From: a virus
Strand: one strand, 5' to 3'
Length of the DNA: 64,000 bases
IMG/VR virus record: IMGVR_UViG_3300030380_003294
The notes under the pieces were generated by a model. That model was not told the DNA's origin, made no database searches, and saw only the letters and a list, made by a program, of their open reading frames with translations. How positions within the stretch are numbered: the stretch's first letter is position 1; each line of letters begins with the position of its first letter. The translations under genes and the position numbers were made by a program. Below, one piece after another: positions 1 through 9,614 of this stretch.

Positions 1-77
1 TTAAACAGGGGATATTCTGATCCAATGAAGTCTGGTGATTGAGACTCAATCGACTGGGATACCTTATTGATGTTCAT
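1..77 (-). CDS. gp7: Baseplate wedge initiator gp7-like, N-terminus only (runs off the window)
   Basis: Manual translation from ATG at 77 gives MNINKVSQSIESQSPDFIGSEYPLF..., resembling cyanophage gp7 N-termini; lies directly downstream of gp6. Confidence 0.7.
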   Translation of the reverse strand, partial: MNINKVSQSIESQSPDFIGSEYPLF

Positions 78-83
78 CTACGC

Positions 84-2117
84 TTACGAGAAACAGGTTG
101 ATGTGTTTAGACCACCGCTGTTATCAATCGGGGCAACCTCTACAACTGCAGGGGTTGAGTCAAATATCGTTGGTGTCAAACTATTTAGAGGGACAGAGGC
201 AGGTGGTGTAGTACCAATCGGTGCTACTGTTACTTCTGGAGAAATAACATTGATAATAGTTCCAGGTGTGGAAGCAGGAATAGTTCCACTATTAGCAGGA
301 ATAGTAACAACAGGGATCTTAAGATCTCCAGGAAGGAGTGAAGGATCCGTGACACTACCTGTACCAGTAACACTATCGGTAACGTTGACTGATGAGGTAG
401 AAGGAGTATTTGTTCCTGTACTAATTACATTTACTGGTCCAAAGCAAACTTCACCAGTATCGTAGTTGACCGTGCCGATTGTATTGTTCGTGTATACCTT
501 CTTAGTACCTGTATTGTAGAAAGTGCGTAGATTTCCGTATCCATCGTCTTCAAACTGCTGATCTACACCAGGGCGATCCGCAGTTCGGAATGTTCCTGAT
601 AACAGGATAGGTTCTTTCTTACAATCTCCGTTATCACCGTCTTTAGAAGGTGCGGAGTTATAAAGTCCACTACCAGTGCTAACGCAGTAAGTATTAGTTT
701 GATTACTGTTTGGATAGATGTATTTAAGATTGGTTGTTTGTAGTGAAACGTCAGTAATAGCGTTATTAGCAAGAGAGATCGCTTTCTCGTATGCAGATCC
801 TCTAAACGTTGAGTTGAAGTTATTGATCTGAGTTTGAGTTGCCCAGTCAGTGATTGCATTCTGAATATCGGTCTTAATCTGAGAAGAACTGCTTCCTGCT
901 CCAGTATCATATAGAGCAAAGATCTTAGTATAGATGTAGATGTTATCAGGATCGACTACAACAGGGTCAATCGATGCCATGGCATACTTCCTAAGGTTAG
1001 CAGAGATTTCCTTCTTTGTAGCGTCATTTAGAAGGGATCCAGTCTTAGTTTTGATAGCAATGAATACTTTTCCATAAATGGGAGGATTCAAACTATCTCC
1101 ACCGTATGCAACAACGGAATCTGCGTTATCGTAAATTCTTTGAGTAATTAGAGCATAATCCTGTGCTGTAACTGCTCTGTATTGGGAAGAGTAGTATCTT
1201 GGTGCATTGTACTTGATAGATTCAATGCTTTCCGCATCAGAACCCATCTGAGAACGATGTAATACCTCAAGAGTAGTATTAGCACTTGAAACGATAAGTC
1301 CAGTAGAGTCTACAACACTTCCAATGAAGTTAAAGACCTTAACTTCGTTTGCTGCCTTACCAGAAGTGACCAAATACTCAAGTTGAACAACTTCTCCGTC
1401 TTTTAATGCTCTACCAACACTGTCATCACCAAATCTAACCTCGAAGCGCATATCTTCGCCTTCAGAAAGGAAGTATGCACGGGCATTCGCGGATAAACCA
1501 GTAACAGTATCTACAAGATTGTAAATATCCGCTGCTGTCGCGGTCTCGTTTGCCTTTACACTGACTTTAAGTGTTGCAAGGTCCGCTTCTGCAGATGGAA
1601 TAGTATAATTCTGTCTAGCAAAGGTATTAACGATGTACTGGAAGTTTACAAGTTGACCTTCATAGATACAAACCTCTGGAAATATTGCGATACCAGTTGT
1701 AGGACTAACTTCAATAGTAGTGTCTCTTGTAATGTTCCAAACAAAGTTACCACCAGTAGCAACTGCACCTTTTTTTACAGTTACGCTACTTGGATACACT
1801 CCGTTTGTTTGTGCTGTCTGAACTTCGAGTTTTACAGACGCTCTAGATGAAATAACACTTCTTGGAGTGTAATTCATCAACTTGGCAATATTAACTACGT
1901 TATCTCTAACAGTGGATGATGGTAAAAATGCCTCATTCAATGACATGTTGGCATTGAACGCTGAATAGTAAGTATTATAAGCAAGTGCATCAACCATATA
2001 AGACAATGCAGAACCGTCAAAGTCATAATCCGTGAACTCTGTGCGGGTTCTTAGGTATGATTTGATACTTGCTTTGACATCCTCAAAGTCTAGTGCTGTT
2101 AGATTGTTTGGTTGCAT
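84..2117 (-). CDS. gp6: Baseplate wedge subunit gp6
   Basis: 677 aa; LDFEDVKASIKSYLR..EFTDYDFDGSAL, FGDDSVGR and SQYRAVTAQDY motifs of T4 gp6. Confidence 0.95.
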   Translation of the reverse strand: MQPNNLTALDFEDVKASIKSYLRTRTEFTDYDFDGSALSYMVDALAYNTYYSAFNANMSLNEAFLPSSTVRDNVVNIAKLMNYTPRSVISSRASVKLEVQTAQTNGVYPSSVTVKKGAVATGGNFVWNITRDTTIEVSPTTGIAIFPEVCIYEGQLVNFQYIVNTFARQNYTIPSAEADLATLKVSVKANETATAADIYNLVDTVTGLSANARAYFLSEGEDMRFEVRFGDDSVGRALKDGEVVQLEYLVTSGKAANEVKVFNFIGSVVDSTGLIVSSANTTLEVLHRSQMGSDAESIESIKYNAPRYYSSQYRAVTAQDYALITQRIYDNADSVVAYGGDSLNPPIYGKVFIAIKTKTGSLLNDATKKEISANLRKYAMASIDPVVVDPDNIYIYTKIFALYDTGAGSSSSQIKTDIQNAITDWATQTQINNFNSTFRGSAYEKAISLANNAITDVSLQTTNLKYIYPNSNQTNTYCVSTGSGLYNSAPSKDGDNGDCKKEPILLSGTFRTADRPGVDQQFEDDGYGNLRTFYNTGTKKVYTNNTIGTVNYDTGEVCFGPVNVISTGTNTPSTSSVNVTDSVTGTGSVTDPSLLPGDLKIPVVTIPANSGTIPASTPGTIINVISPEVTVAPIGTTPPASVPLNSLTPTIFDSTPAVVEVAPIDNSGGLNTSTCFS

Positions 2118-2536
2118 TATTCGGGTCTCTGTAAGACAAAGGATATAGACTCAACAACAGGTAATCCAACAATCTTGTACTCGATCTCGATGTTAATCTT
2201 ATTGTTAGCAACGATTGGAGTAACTACGACTCGTGTTAGGTTTACTCTTGGTTCATACTGTTTAATTGTATTTATTATCTCTTCCTTGATTGCATCTGCG
2301 GTAAATGCATCTAATGGTTCAAAAAGTAACTCATTTACTCTTGAACCAACCAGGGGTTGAAAGGGTTTTTCACCAGGAACAGTCAAAACTAGATTTTTGA
2401 CTGCCTGTTTGATAGCATTATCGTTTTTCACGCTATAAACGTCATTCGTAAAAGGATTTAGTGGCAAAGCAATATTGAGATCTGCGAAATTACGAGATCT
2501 CTTGAAATTTTGCCCTTTTATGTCCTTTAACGCCAT
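2117..2536 (-). CDS. gp25: Baseplate wedge subunit gp25
   Basis: AIKQAVKNLVLTVPGEKPFQPLVGS...YEPRV gp25 signature; upstream of gp6. Confidence 0.95.
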   Translation of the reverse strand: MALKDIKGQNFKRSRNFADLNIALPLNPFTNDVYSVKNDNAIKQAVKNLVLTVPGEKPFQPLVGSRVNELLFEPLDAFTADAIKEEIINTIKQYEPRVNLTRVVVTPIVANNKINIEIEYKIVGLPVVESISFVLQRPE

Positions 2537-2667
2537 TTGCTATGAGGTCTTTCTTTTTTGTCGGGGTTTGCTTTCTCTATGTAGGGTGTAAGATTGTAAT
2601 CTGTAACTAAACCTACAGTTCCATGAGTTTCCTTCATGTACTTTGGATCGCGATCGGGATTAATCAT
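2527..2667 (-). CDS. Small hypothetical protein (46 aa)
   Basis: Manual translation MINPDRDPKYMKETHGTVGLVTDY...; fills the gap between PAAR and gp25. Confidence 0.55.
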   Translation of the reverse strand: MINPDRDPKYMKETHGTVGLVTDYNLTPYIEKANPDKKERPHSKWR

Positions 2668-2726
2668 AAAAGTTCAATGAGTAGTACATTAGAACTTTTT
2701 ATGGGGTTGCTATCCCAATCTATTTA

Positions 2727-3275
2727 TCAACCTCCGATGAAAACATTCTTACTTGATCCAGAAACTACACTTAAACATGGGAAAGGAGTAGTACCATTTC
2801 CAAATGGGTCTGCAAATCTACCTGCACGCCTACCGTTAATGAATACTGTCTTTGTAGTTGCAAAAAGTCTTCGAGCATGACCTGTTGATGCTTCTCTACC
2901 TGCAGCGGTTCCTAAAGTACAATGCCAAGCAGGAGTATTCCTCACCGTAAAGCATTTCTTACCAACAGACATCGTTTTGTGCTGTGTAAAGGTGGGATGC
3001 GGAACTAGATCATCCTGATCAATGATTGGGATTAGATTATTGATCATAACATTACGAACAATGGTAGTAGCAGGTTGTTGTGGCCAAGGTGTCCATGTTG
3101 CAAAATTATCCGCAATCGGCATTGCTCTAGTGTTGATCTGCGGTGCTAAGGAAGCATGAGGGCAAGGATTTGCAAAACCTCCACCTGGACCTGGTTGCCA
3201 GAGAACGCCATTTGCCTTACCATGTCCACTACATGTTCCCATGAATAGTGCTGCTGCTCCAGTCGCTCCAGTCAT
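2727..3275 (-). CDS. PAAR-like spike tip protein (gp5.4-like)
   Basis: C-terminal TVFINGRRAGRFADPF...SVVSGSSKNVFIGG; His/Cys metal-ligand candidates. Confidence 0.8.
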   Translation of the reverse strand: MTGATGAAALFMGTCSGHGKANGVLWQPGPGGGFANPCPHASLAPQINTRAMPIADNFATWTPWPQQPATTIVRNVMINNLIPIIDQDDLVPHPTFTQHKTMSVGKKCFTVRNTPAWHCTLGTAAGREASTGHARRLFATTKTVFINGRRAGRFADPFGNGTTPFPCLSVVSGSSKNVFIGG

Positions 3276-3355
3276 TAATCCTCCTTTACGTCAAAGTAGT
3301 TAGAAACACATACACCCCAAAGAACAAATGCTCCAAAAAAGATTAAGTATTCCAT
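3275..3355 (-). CDS. Small hydrophobic peptide (26 aa)
   Basis: MEYLIFFGAFVLWGVCVSNYFDVKED; abuts both neighbours. Confidence 0.4.
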   Translation of the reverse strand: MEYLIFFGAFVLWGVCVSNYFDVKED

Positions 3356-5968
3356 TTATGTTACCAAATAAGGGTTACCGTATACTCTAGTTGCTTTTGC
3401 CATGGTTTGTGCAGCATTAGTAAAGTCATTACGCATTATCATGTCCCCACTTGCACTCCAATTTTGACATCCTGGACCCTGAGGTACTTGTCCAAAGGGG
3501 AATGTGAATGTAGATGATGTAACTGCGCCAGTATTAGGATCTGTAACACTTGGTCTACTTGAAGCAGATGCGCTACAAGAGAAATGTGCTTTTCCTACAT
3601 TCTGTTGAGTAACTCCGAGTGTAACACGGATGTTTAACTGTTCCCTATTATCGGGTCTATACTGTCGTAATATGTATTTAGTTAGGTTTGACGCATATGG
3701 TAGTTCAGAGAAGGGTCCTTGTACTGTTTGAATAAAAGTCTCATCATATACCTTAATTTCTGGAATTACATCTTGAGTAAAGTCCTCAGTTAGGTTTTCA
3801 ATCGCTGTTCCTAGAGTTTCCATGTTATCTTTTGCTGCTTTCTTGAAATTTTGTGCTAATGCACTAGGTCCTAGGTCAACTCCATCAATTTCCTTATAAC
3901 TTTGCTTTGGAAGCATGACTTCTTTGATAGATTTCATGTCTCCTCTTGAAAATTGCTTCTGAACCATGGTTTCTCTACGCTTACTCTTAGGATCTAACTT
4001 AATTTCGATGTTTGGTTCGACAACTTCCGTAACTTGCTCTGCTAATTTCTTCAAATCTTCCTTTCTTTGCGTATTATCTGCTAAAATCTCTTGAATTTTG
4101 GTCGAAGAGAGTCCATCAAACGCTTCTGCTGCGTCTGGGAACGTTTTATAGAAATTTTCGAGGTTATCAAACCCAAGATCGCGCAAAGATTCGTCTACAA
4201 ACTTTTCAGTTCGCTTTTTATGGATGTTTACTACGGAAATTTGAGGTAAATTGTTGCCACTATACCCGCTACCACCGTTTTTAATAGTAATTCCAGTCAA
4301 AACACCGTTTGTAAACTCCCCTTCAACCTCTGCAGGTGTTCCAGAATCAACATATGGTGCGGTAATACTTAATTGAGGTGTTCTTCCAAGCGTATCCCAA
4401 CCAGAACCGCCTCCATTTGTGTTAATAATTGCTCCAACTACCGTTCCATTAGCAACAACTGTCGAAACATCGGGTTGAATTAGAGTATTATAGACATCAG
4501 GAGCATTTTTATCAACAAAACCAGTGGCATATTGTACAGATTTCTCTGTAAACTCGTAAAGTCCACCAAAAAACCCAACATCTTTGATGCCATAACCTGC
4601 AATTACCTTCACATCATGGTTACGATTGCTTGTATAATCAGTATTTTTGGTAAAATCACTACCATTTCCATCAAGATAAGCAAAATGATAAGGGAAATAC
4701 CCTAGAGAAGGATCAAAATCACCTGCTACAGACGGTCCATGAAGGACACGAGTGATTGTATGACCATTTAATGTGTCACCAGAGCGTAAAAGATCACTAA
4801 TAGTTCCTGATTGTGATGGAATAGGTCCAACAGTAGTAATTTTAATCGTCAGTGTAAAGGTTGTAGTACTATTATCGGGATGAATATGGTCATGAGTGAT
4901 ATTAAAGGTATCATTTACAGCATATCCTGTGCCAGGTTGAACAATATCAAGCACTGTCCAACGTGTACCACTGAATACAGTAGGATCAACTGACTCATCT
5001 TTGATAGGTTCGATACGAATATTGACTTGAAGACCTGTTTTTCCTGCTGTTTCAAGAGTATATACAGTAAATGTGGTTGCGCCCTCATCGCCCGCTTGCC
5101 AAGTATTCTGGGGAGAGTCGAATTGAATACCCTCAAGTTCACCTTCGTTCCATGCATCAGAGTAATTTACCCCATCATAGGACACTGAGAGGTCCGTTAC
5201 ACCGTTTGGAATGGTAGTAGATAGGGAATTGTATTCAAATACGACTTTCTTACTACCTGTACCAATACCAAAGAGTGTGGGATGGGGGCAGTCGGGGTCG
5301 CCCGTATAATCGATATCCTGATCAATGGTATATGAACACTGTGTGGAAGCGGGGGTACAGGTAAATCCTGCACAAGGGTGACAGATGGTATTATTAATGC
5401 TGCTCGACGCCCCAGGAGTTGTTGTTACCTCACCTGTCTCTGGATCTGTAGTAGTAGTGCTAGGCAGTGTAGTCGTGGATTCCTCGTCCTCAATGATATA
5501 AGCAGCAATACCGACCTGACCTGAGTTACTTGTTATATCATACACATAAGCAAACCATGTATCACTCCCTTGAAACCCAAAGGAGAGTTCATTCGGGAAA
5601 TAATCATAGATTGCAACAGCACCATCACTACACTCAGAACAATCTGAAGAGGATTTAACTGCTTTACCACAGTTAGCAGCAGAAGCAGGTTGATAGAAAC
5701 TTCCAGGACTTGTCCCGAAACTGGAATCACCTTCCTCTAGACAGACAATCTGGGAAGGATACATCACTGCTTGTCCCTCAGCACCAGAGACATTCACAGC
5801 ATAGTTGTTTAAACTCAGACTGTTGCGTATAAAAGACTTCGGATACTCTTTATAAGACAATCCGATTGTTTGATCTGAAGGAGCAGGTACAAATCTAGGA
5901 CATCCGTTTGGATCATCGCATGGATCTGTGATTCGATCTGCTCTCCCATCGACTATTTTACATCCCAT
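3356..5968 (-). CDS. Large virion structural protein (baseplate-associated)
   Basis: 870 aa; beta-rich with GGSGY/PGTGY repeats like those of cyanophage baseplate proteins; Cys-rich N-terminus. Confidence 0.65.
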   Translation of the reverse strand: MGCKIVDGRADRITDPCDDPNGCPRFVPAPSDQTIGLSYKEYPKSFIRNSLSLNNYAVNVSGAEGQAVMYPSQIVCLEEGDSSFGTSPGSFYQPASAANCGKAVKSSSDCSECSDGAVAIYDYFPNELSFGFQGSDTWFAYVYDITSNSGQVGIAAYIIEDEESTTTLPSTTTTDPETGEVTTTPGASSSINNTICHPCAGFTCTPASTQCSYTIDQDIDYTGDPDCPHPTLFGIGTGSKKVVFEYNSLSTTIPNGVTDLSVSYDGVNYSDAWNEGELEGIQFDSPQNTWQAGDEGATTFTVYTLETAGKTGLQVNIRIEPIKDESVDPTVFSGTRWTVLDIVQPGTGYAVNDTFNITHDHIHPDNSTTTFTLTIKITTVGPIPSQSGTISDLLRSGDTLNGHTITRVLHGPSVAGDFDPSLGYFPYHFAYLDGNGSDFTKNTDYTSNRNHDVKVIAGYGIKDVGFFGGLYEFTEKSVQYATGFVDKNAPDVYNTLIQPDVSTVVANGTVVGAIINTNGGGSGWDTLGRTPQLSITAPYVDSGTPAEVEGEFTNGVLTGITIKNGGSGYSGNNLPQISVVNIHKKRTEKFVDESLRDLGFDNLENFYKTFPDAAEAFDGLSSTKIQEILADNTQRKEDLKKLAEQVTEVVEPNIEIKLDPKSKRRETMVQKQFSRGDMKSIKEVMLPKQSYKEIDGVDLGPSALAQNFKKAAKDNMETLGTAIENLTEDFTQDVIPEIKVYDETFIQTVQGPFSELPYASNLTKYILRQYRPDNREQLNIRVTLGVTQQNVGKAHFSCSASASSRPSVTDPNTGAVTSSTFTFPFGQVPQGPGCQNWSASGDMIMRNDFTNAAQTMAKATRVYGNPYLVT

Positions 5969-6185
5969 TGACTTCTTTCTCCAACTTATCTAAACGTTGG
6001 TAGATATGATCGTAGTTTTCCTTTATATTTAAGTACTTTTCGTGTCCGTTTGGTTTATATAATATCTTTTCATGAAATGGCATTGTAGTTACATACTCTT
6101 CAATCTGTTTAATTCTATCTCCAAGGGAAAGTAAACACTCGTTGATAGTGTTCAAAGCAGTTACTACATCTTGTTCATTGTTCAT
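5958..6185 (-). CDS. Hypothetical protein
   Basis: 75-aa ORF overlapping both neighbours. Confidence 0.6.
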   Translation of the reverse strand: MNNEQDVVTALNTINECLLSLGDRIKQIEEYVTTMPFHEKILYKPNGHEKYLNIKENYDHIYQRLDKLEKEVNGM

Positions 6186-6339
6186 TGCGTTTCTTCAAAG
6201 TAAAGGAGTCTTCCTCTATAGTGTAATCAAGTTCAGAGTTAACGGTCCAACCAAGTTCTTCACAAACCTCGTAAGGAATCGTAAGGATGAGATCACCAAA
6301 GTCGTCTTCTTCGAGTGTAGTGTAGAATCTGTGTGACAT
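6175..6339 (-). CDS. AbrB/MazE-like small DNA-binding protein (54 aa)
   Basis: Manual translation MSHRFYTTLEEDDFGDLILTIPYEVCEELGWTVNSELDYTIEEDSFTLKKRNEQ; LTIP.EV.EELGW swapped-hairpin pattern. Confidence 0.55.
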   Translation of the reverse strand: MSHRFYTTLEEDDFGDLILTIPYEVCEELGWTVNSELDYTIEEDSFTLKKRNEQ

Positions 6340-6342
6340 ATT

Positions 6343-6546
6343 TCATAGGGGGTTCGTATTCTTAGAGGGGTGCATAGTCTTCCACCCCATCCATAGTGTA
6401 TATAGTGCTTCGGGATTTTTGGTTGTATACGCACCTAGGTACATATCTGCAACCTGATACATGTCAGTGTGTAAGCAATTCTCATAGTGTATTAAAGACT
6501 CTAGGCACCATGTACGAAGATCTTGAGGATAATCTCTGGAGGGCAT
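6343..6546 (-). CDS. Hypothetical protein
   Basis: 67-aa ORF, in an operon with the downstream genes. Confidence 0.6.
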   Translation of the reverse strand: MPSRDYPQDLRTWCLESLIHYENCLHTDMYQVADMYLGAYTTKNPEALYTLWMGWKTMHPSKNTNPL

Positions 6547-6771
6547 TTTTTCTCTGGGAAATTTTTTGAATCTAGGTGTATTTAATAATTGAAATAATAT
6601 AACTCTCGCTCCTGGGTACCTTTGTAGGTTAGGGTAGTTAACCGTTTTAATATAAGGGCGCGATTTTAGGGCGAGAACCCGCGCTATGACTGCGATCTCG
6701 ACTGTTTATTATAATATATAAGAGACTGCGGTTAATTCATAACATTAAAAAGGGGGTTGTTTTACCCCCTA

Positions 6772-6800
6772 ATTATATCATTTTTTGGTGTGTCTGTCAA
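6772..6800 (-). promoter_or_regulatory. Sigma70-type promoter TTGACA-17-TATAAT
   Basis: Perfect consensus on the minus strand; immediately followed by a GGGGGT-AAAACA-ACCCCC-TTTT hairpin. Confidence 0.75.
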
Positions 6801-7136
6801 CTAGGCGAAGCACCCGTTGAAATTTACCTCGATTCCGTTTTCAAAATCTTTAACTGTTTTGTTCTGGTAGTCACCTACGAACCATTCCCAGTTTTTTTGA
6901 AATACTCCGAAACCTGTCGCAAACTCATAACATAGAGCGTTTAATCTGCTCTTAGTTGTGTTTGACTGCCAACCGCCATCGAATAAAACAACAGTGTTAT
7001 CTGTTACTGTTGCGATGTGATTGCCATGTAAAAAGACCTGTGCACCGTTGTCATCATGTGAAACAGAAGTGTTAGAACTGCTGAAGTTGTTACCAGTTCT
7101 GATTGCTCTGTTCATTTGTGCTTCGATCTTTCTCAT
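6801..7136 (-). CDS. Early hypothetical protein (MRKIEAQMN...)
   Basis: Start reassigned to the ATG just downstream of the TATAAT promoter; GWQSNTTKSRLNAL motif seen in small phage proteins. Confidence 0.75.
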   Translation of the reverse strand: MRKIEAQMNRAIRTGNNFSSSNTSVSHDDNGAQVFLHGNHIATVTDNTVVLFDGGWQSNTTKSRLNALCYEFATGFGVFQKNWEWFVGDYQNKTVKDFENGIEVNFNGCFA

Positions 7137-7163
7137 GTGTGTTGCTTTGTTTGTTATGTACTT

Positions 7164-7221
7164 ATTATAACCCCCTAGCAACCCCTGTGTAGTCACCTTA
7201 TGCCACTTTGTCAACTGTCAC
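7164..7221 (-). promoter_or_regulatory. Early promoter with 22-bp palindrome (copy 1)
   Basis: ATGCCAC-N8-CTGTCAC at 7200-7221, 30 bp upstream of TATAAT (7164-7169). Confidence 0.75.
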
Positions 7222-7416
7222 AGGGCATTTGATTTCCATATAATAACCGATTGATTTAATATAATCAAATACGGATAATTTCGGCAATTCTTTATATCTT
7301 TCCCCTCTACGGTTTCTAACATCGTCCATAAAATGTTCCATGTCGTAAATTGATACAAACTCCCCTACAAGTTCGCATTCTTCGTTGTAAATTAGATAGG
7401 TCATTTTATTCTCCAT
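7198..7416 (-). CDS. Early hypothetical protein
   Basis: 72-aa ORF in the early cluster. Confidence 0.6.
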   Translation of the reverse strand: MENKMTYLIYNEECELVGEFVSIYDMEHFMDDVRNRRGERYKELPKLSVFDYIKSIGYYMEIKCPVTVDKVA

Positions 7417-7425
7417 TGTTTATAT

Positions 7426-7626
7426 TTAAGGGGTGTAAACATAATAACAATAACCTTCTGACATGAGATAATTTGCTGTCTTAGTTAACATCGGATCATC
7501 CCAACATTGATCGGTATCTAACAAGAATTGAAACAAAGAGATACCTTCATTTAGTGGGCATAATCCTTTCTCATAAAGTGTTAATAACTCAAGGTACTTT
7601 TGAGGTGCTTTGATGTTACTTAGCAT
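7426..7626 (-). CDS. Early hypothetical protein
   Basis: 66-aa ORF downstream of the promoter at 7665-7693. Confidence 0.6.
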   Translation of the reverse strand: MLSNIKAPQKYLELLTLYEKGLCPLNEGISLFQFLLDTDQCWDDPMLTKTANYLMSEGYCYYVYTP

Positions 7627-7664
7627 TGATACTTAGAACCTTTGTTTGAAACCCTACAGTGTTA

Positions 7665-7693
7665 ATTGTACCAGAATTATAATAATTTGTCAA
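7665..7693 (-). promoter_or_regulatory. Sigma70-type promoter TTGACA-17-TACAAT
   Basis: Near-perfect consensus with a 17-bp spacer. Confidence 0.7.
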
Positions 7694-7946
7694 GTCTATC
7701 TGAGTTTTCTGACAGATGTTGACTTTCGGTAAGTTGCGTGCTAAGAGTACATTTAGTTGACACATTTAACACACTATTGTAAACACTTAGTGATTTTTTT
7801 AAGTATTTAACAATATTCACAAATTTCTACGGAAAGTAACATTTTTCCTTCTTACAGTTAATCTATAATAGTCCCATAAGTCTACAGTCAGTTCTTTACA
7901 CATAGTCCAAAATGTGTTAAACTCGTTGTTACTTACTCCCTGCGGA

Positions 7947-8189
7947 TTACTCTTCTTCATTGTTAGTTACCTCTTCAAAGTACCTATTCTGTTTATTACT
8001 TTTAACCATATCTTTCCATTGATGACTATACACTAAGAGGTTTACTTGTTGATACTTACTACATGCACCTATCTGTAATTCTTCTCTCTTTTCCCATTCA
8101 TTTAGTACTAGGGTTATATAATCTTTATCAATGAAATTAACGAACCCAAAATGTTCATTAAGTGAGTAATAATCGCCTTTTTGAAACAT
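7947..8189 (-). CDS. Early hypothetical protein
   Basis: 80-aa ORF. Confidence 0.65.
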   Translation of the reverse strand: MFQKGDYYSLNEHFGFVNFIDKDYITLVLNEWEKREELQIGACSKYQQVNLLVYSHQWKDMVKSNKQNRYFEEVTNNEEE

Positions 8190-8191
8190 AA

Positions 8192-8404
8192 TTAGATCTT
8201 TAAATAAGGGAACTGATTGTTATCGAAAAAGACTAATTCATTATGAACTAGACACTTTTCGTTTAAATGTTCATCATAGATAGCAACATTCTTTTTCAAC
8301 TGATTAGGGTTGAGTTGTTGTAACTTAGTGAGCAAATCTTCATAGGTCATTGTTGCCATTACGTTAGTAGTTTGTTCACTCCAAGGGATAAGATTCCAAG
8401 ACAT
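8192..8404 (-). CDS. Early hypothetical protein
   Basis: 70-aa ORF; MTYEDLLTKLQQL.P.QL.K.V motif. Confidence 0.6.
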   Translation of the reverse strand: MSWNLIPWSEQTTNVMATMTYEDLLTKLQQLNPNQLKKNVAIYDEHLNEKCLVHNELVFFDNNQFPYLKI

Positions 8405-8446
8405 TTGAATTAATAAGTTAATACTACTTATACATGATTGCGGACG

Positions 8447-8653
8447 TTATTTATCACTTTCCGCACCAAGTTCATTTAGATCCGCAATAGTGAATAATTG
8501 ATAATCTTCCTCCAATTCTTTAATATCAAACTCCATCATGTAATGATCTAGATTAACACCTAATCGGGCAATTTCATTTAGATAAGATTGCATAACTTTC
8601 TTAGACTTGAAGTCATAAATGTTATGTTCTGTTGTCAAAGTTTGCTTAGTCAT
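8447..8653 (-). CDS. Early hypothetical protein
   Basis: 68-aa ORF. Confidence 0.55.
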   Translation of the reverse strand: MTKQTLTTEHNIYDFKSKKVMQSYLNEIARLGVNLDHYMMEFDIKELEEDYQLFTIADLNELGAESDK

Positions 8654-8694
8654 TGTTAATTAGTGAGTAGAGTAAGTATAAAGAAAACAGGCGA

Positions 8695-9150
8695 TTATCT
8701 CATATAGAGATGACCACCTGCCCAGTCTGTATTGATTGGATTGTGTATATAATTTCTCTCTCTGATAATTCTCATATCAAATCTTACATGTTTAGCGGGA
8801 CTTTTCCATGATGCAGGTTTATATACCTGACCAGTTTTTTTATCAACAAATGCTGTTACTGATCCGCCAGAATGTCTAGGATCAACTTGAATAATCTTGA
8901 AATACTTTTTACCAGACTTGATTTCAAACTTAAGTAATTTCTCTGTACCGTCTTCGATACCTTTTAATTGCTGTTTAGCATAGTCTGATAAGTCTGCTCT
9001 AGGGTTAAGAATATTTCTAGAGTGCATATTAATACGATACTGCTTATAATTCTCAGTCAATGCATTTGCATATGCTTCAGTCCATTCTACAACTCTTTGC
9101 TCTAGAGTTTTTGTTTCTAATTCTTGAGTAGTTAGAGTTGTGATTGTCAT
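8695..9150 (-). CDS. Conserved early phage protein
   Basis: 151 aa; GKKYFKI...AFVDKKTGQVYKPASWKSPAKHVRF motif common in T4-like cyanophage early regions. Confidence 0.75.
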   Translation of the reverse strand: MTITTLTTQELETKTLEQRVVEWTEAYANALTENYKQYRINMHSRNILNPRADLSDYAKQQLKGIEDGTEKLLKFEIKSGKKYFKIIQVDPRHSGGSVTAFVDKKTGQVYKPASWKSPAKHVRFDMRIIRERNYIHNPINTDWAGGHLYMR

Positions 9151-9235
9151 AGTGAGAATAATAAAGAAAAAAGGGAATAAGCAAGAAAGGTATCCCTAAG
9201 CACTTGTGAATGTTAGCATTCTTGCTTATGTTCTT

Positions 9236-9293
9236 ATTATAGGGGAAGAACCAACCACATAAGGGCAATAGTGGACAGTTTATAAAGTGTCAC
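9236..9293 (-). promoter_or_regulatory. Early promoter with 22-bp palindrome (copy 2)
   Basis: TGGACAG-N8-GTGTCAC at 9272-9293, 30 bp upstream of TATAAT (9236-9241). Confidence 0.7.
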
Positions 9294-9458
9294 TATGCTG
9301 CTTGACAAGATATTCTCCTGTCTGTATTCTTTCAAATACTGCTGACTGTTCATCAGTCAGTTCAAAATCCATATCTCTGAGAATATCCCAAAGTTTAATC
9401 ATCTGGTAAGATTCATCAAATGACATTGGAATTGAAATGGGGAAATAAGTTTTTGACA

Positions 9459-9614
9459 TTAATCGTACAATGGGTAACGTACTTCTTTTTCAACTGCATC
9501 CTTCATTACATCATACATTGCAAATTCGGGATCTTCCAATTTACAAGTTGATAGGATGTTGATAACCTCCTCCATGAGACCGATTATCATTTTTTCTTTT
9601 GGTGTTGTCTTCAT
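9459..9614 (-). CDS. Early hypothetical protein (MKTTPKEK...)
   Basis: ATGA overlap with the upstream ORF. Confidence 0.55.
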   Translation of the reverse strand: MKTTPKEKMIIGLMEEVINILSTCKLEDPEFAMYDVMKDAVEKEVRYPLYD

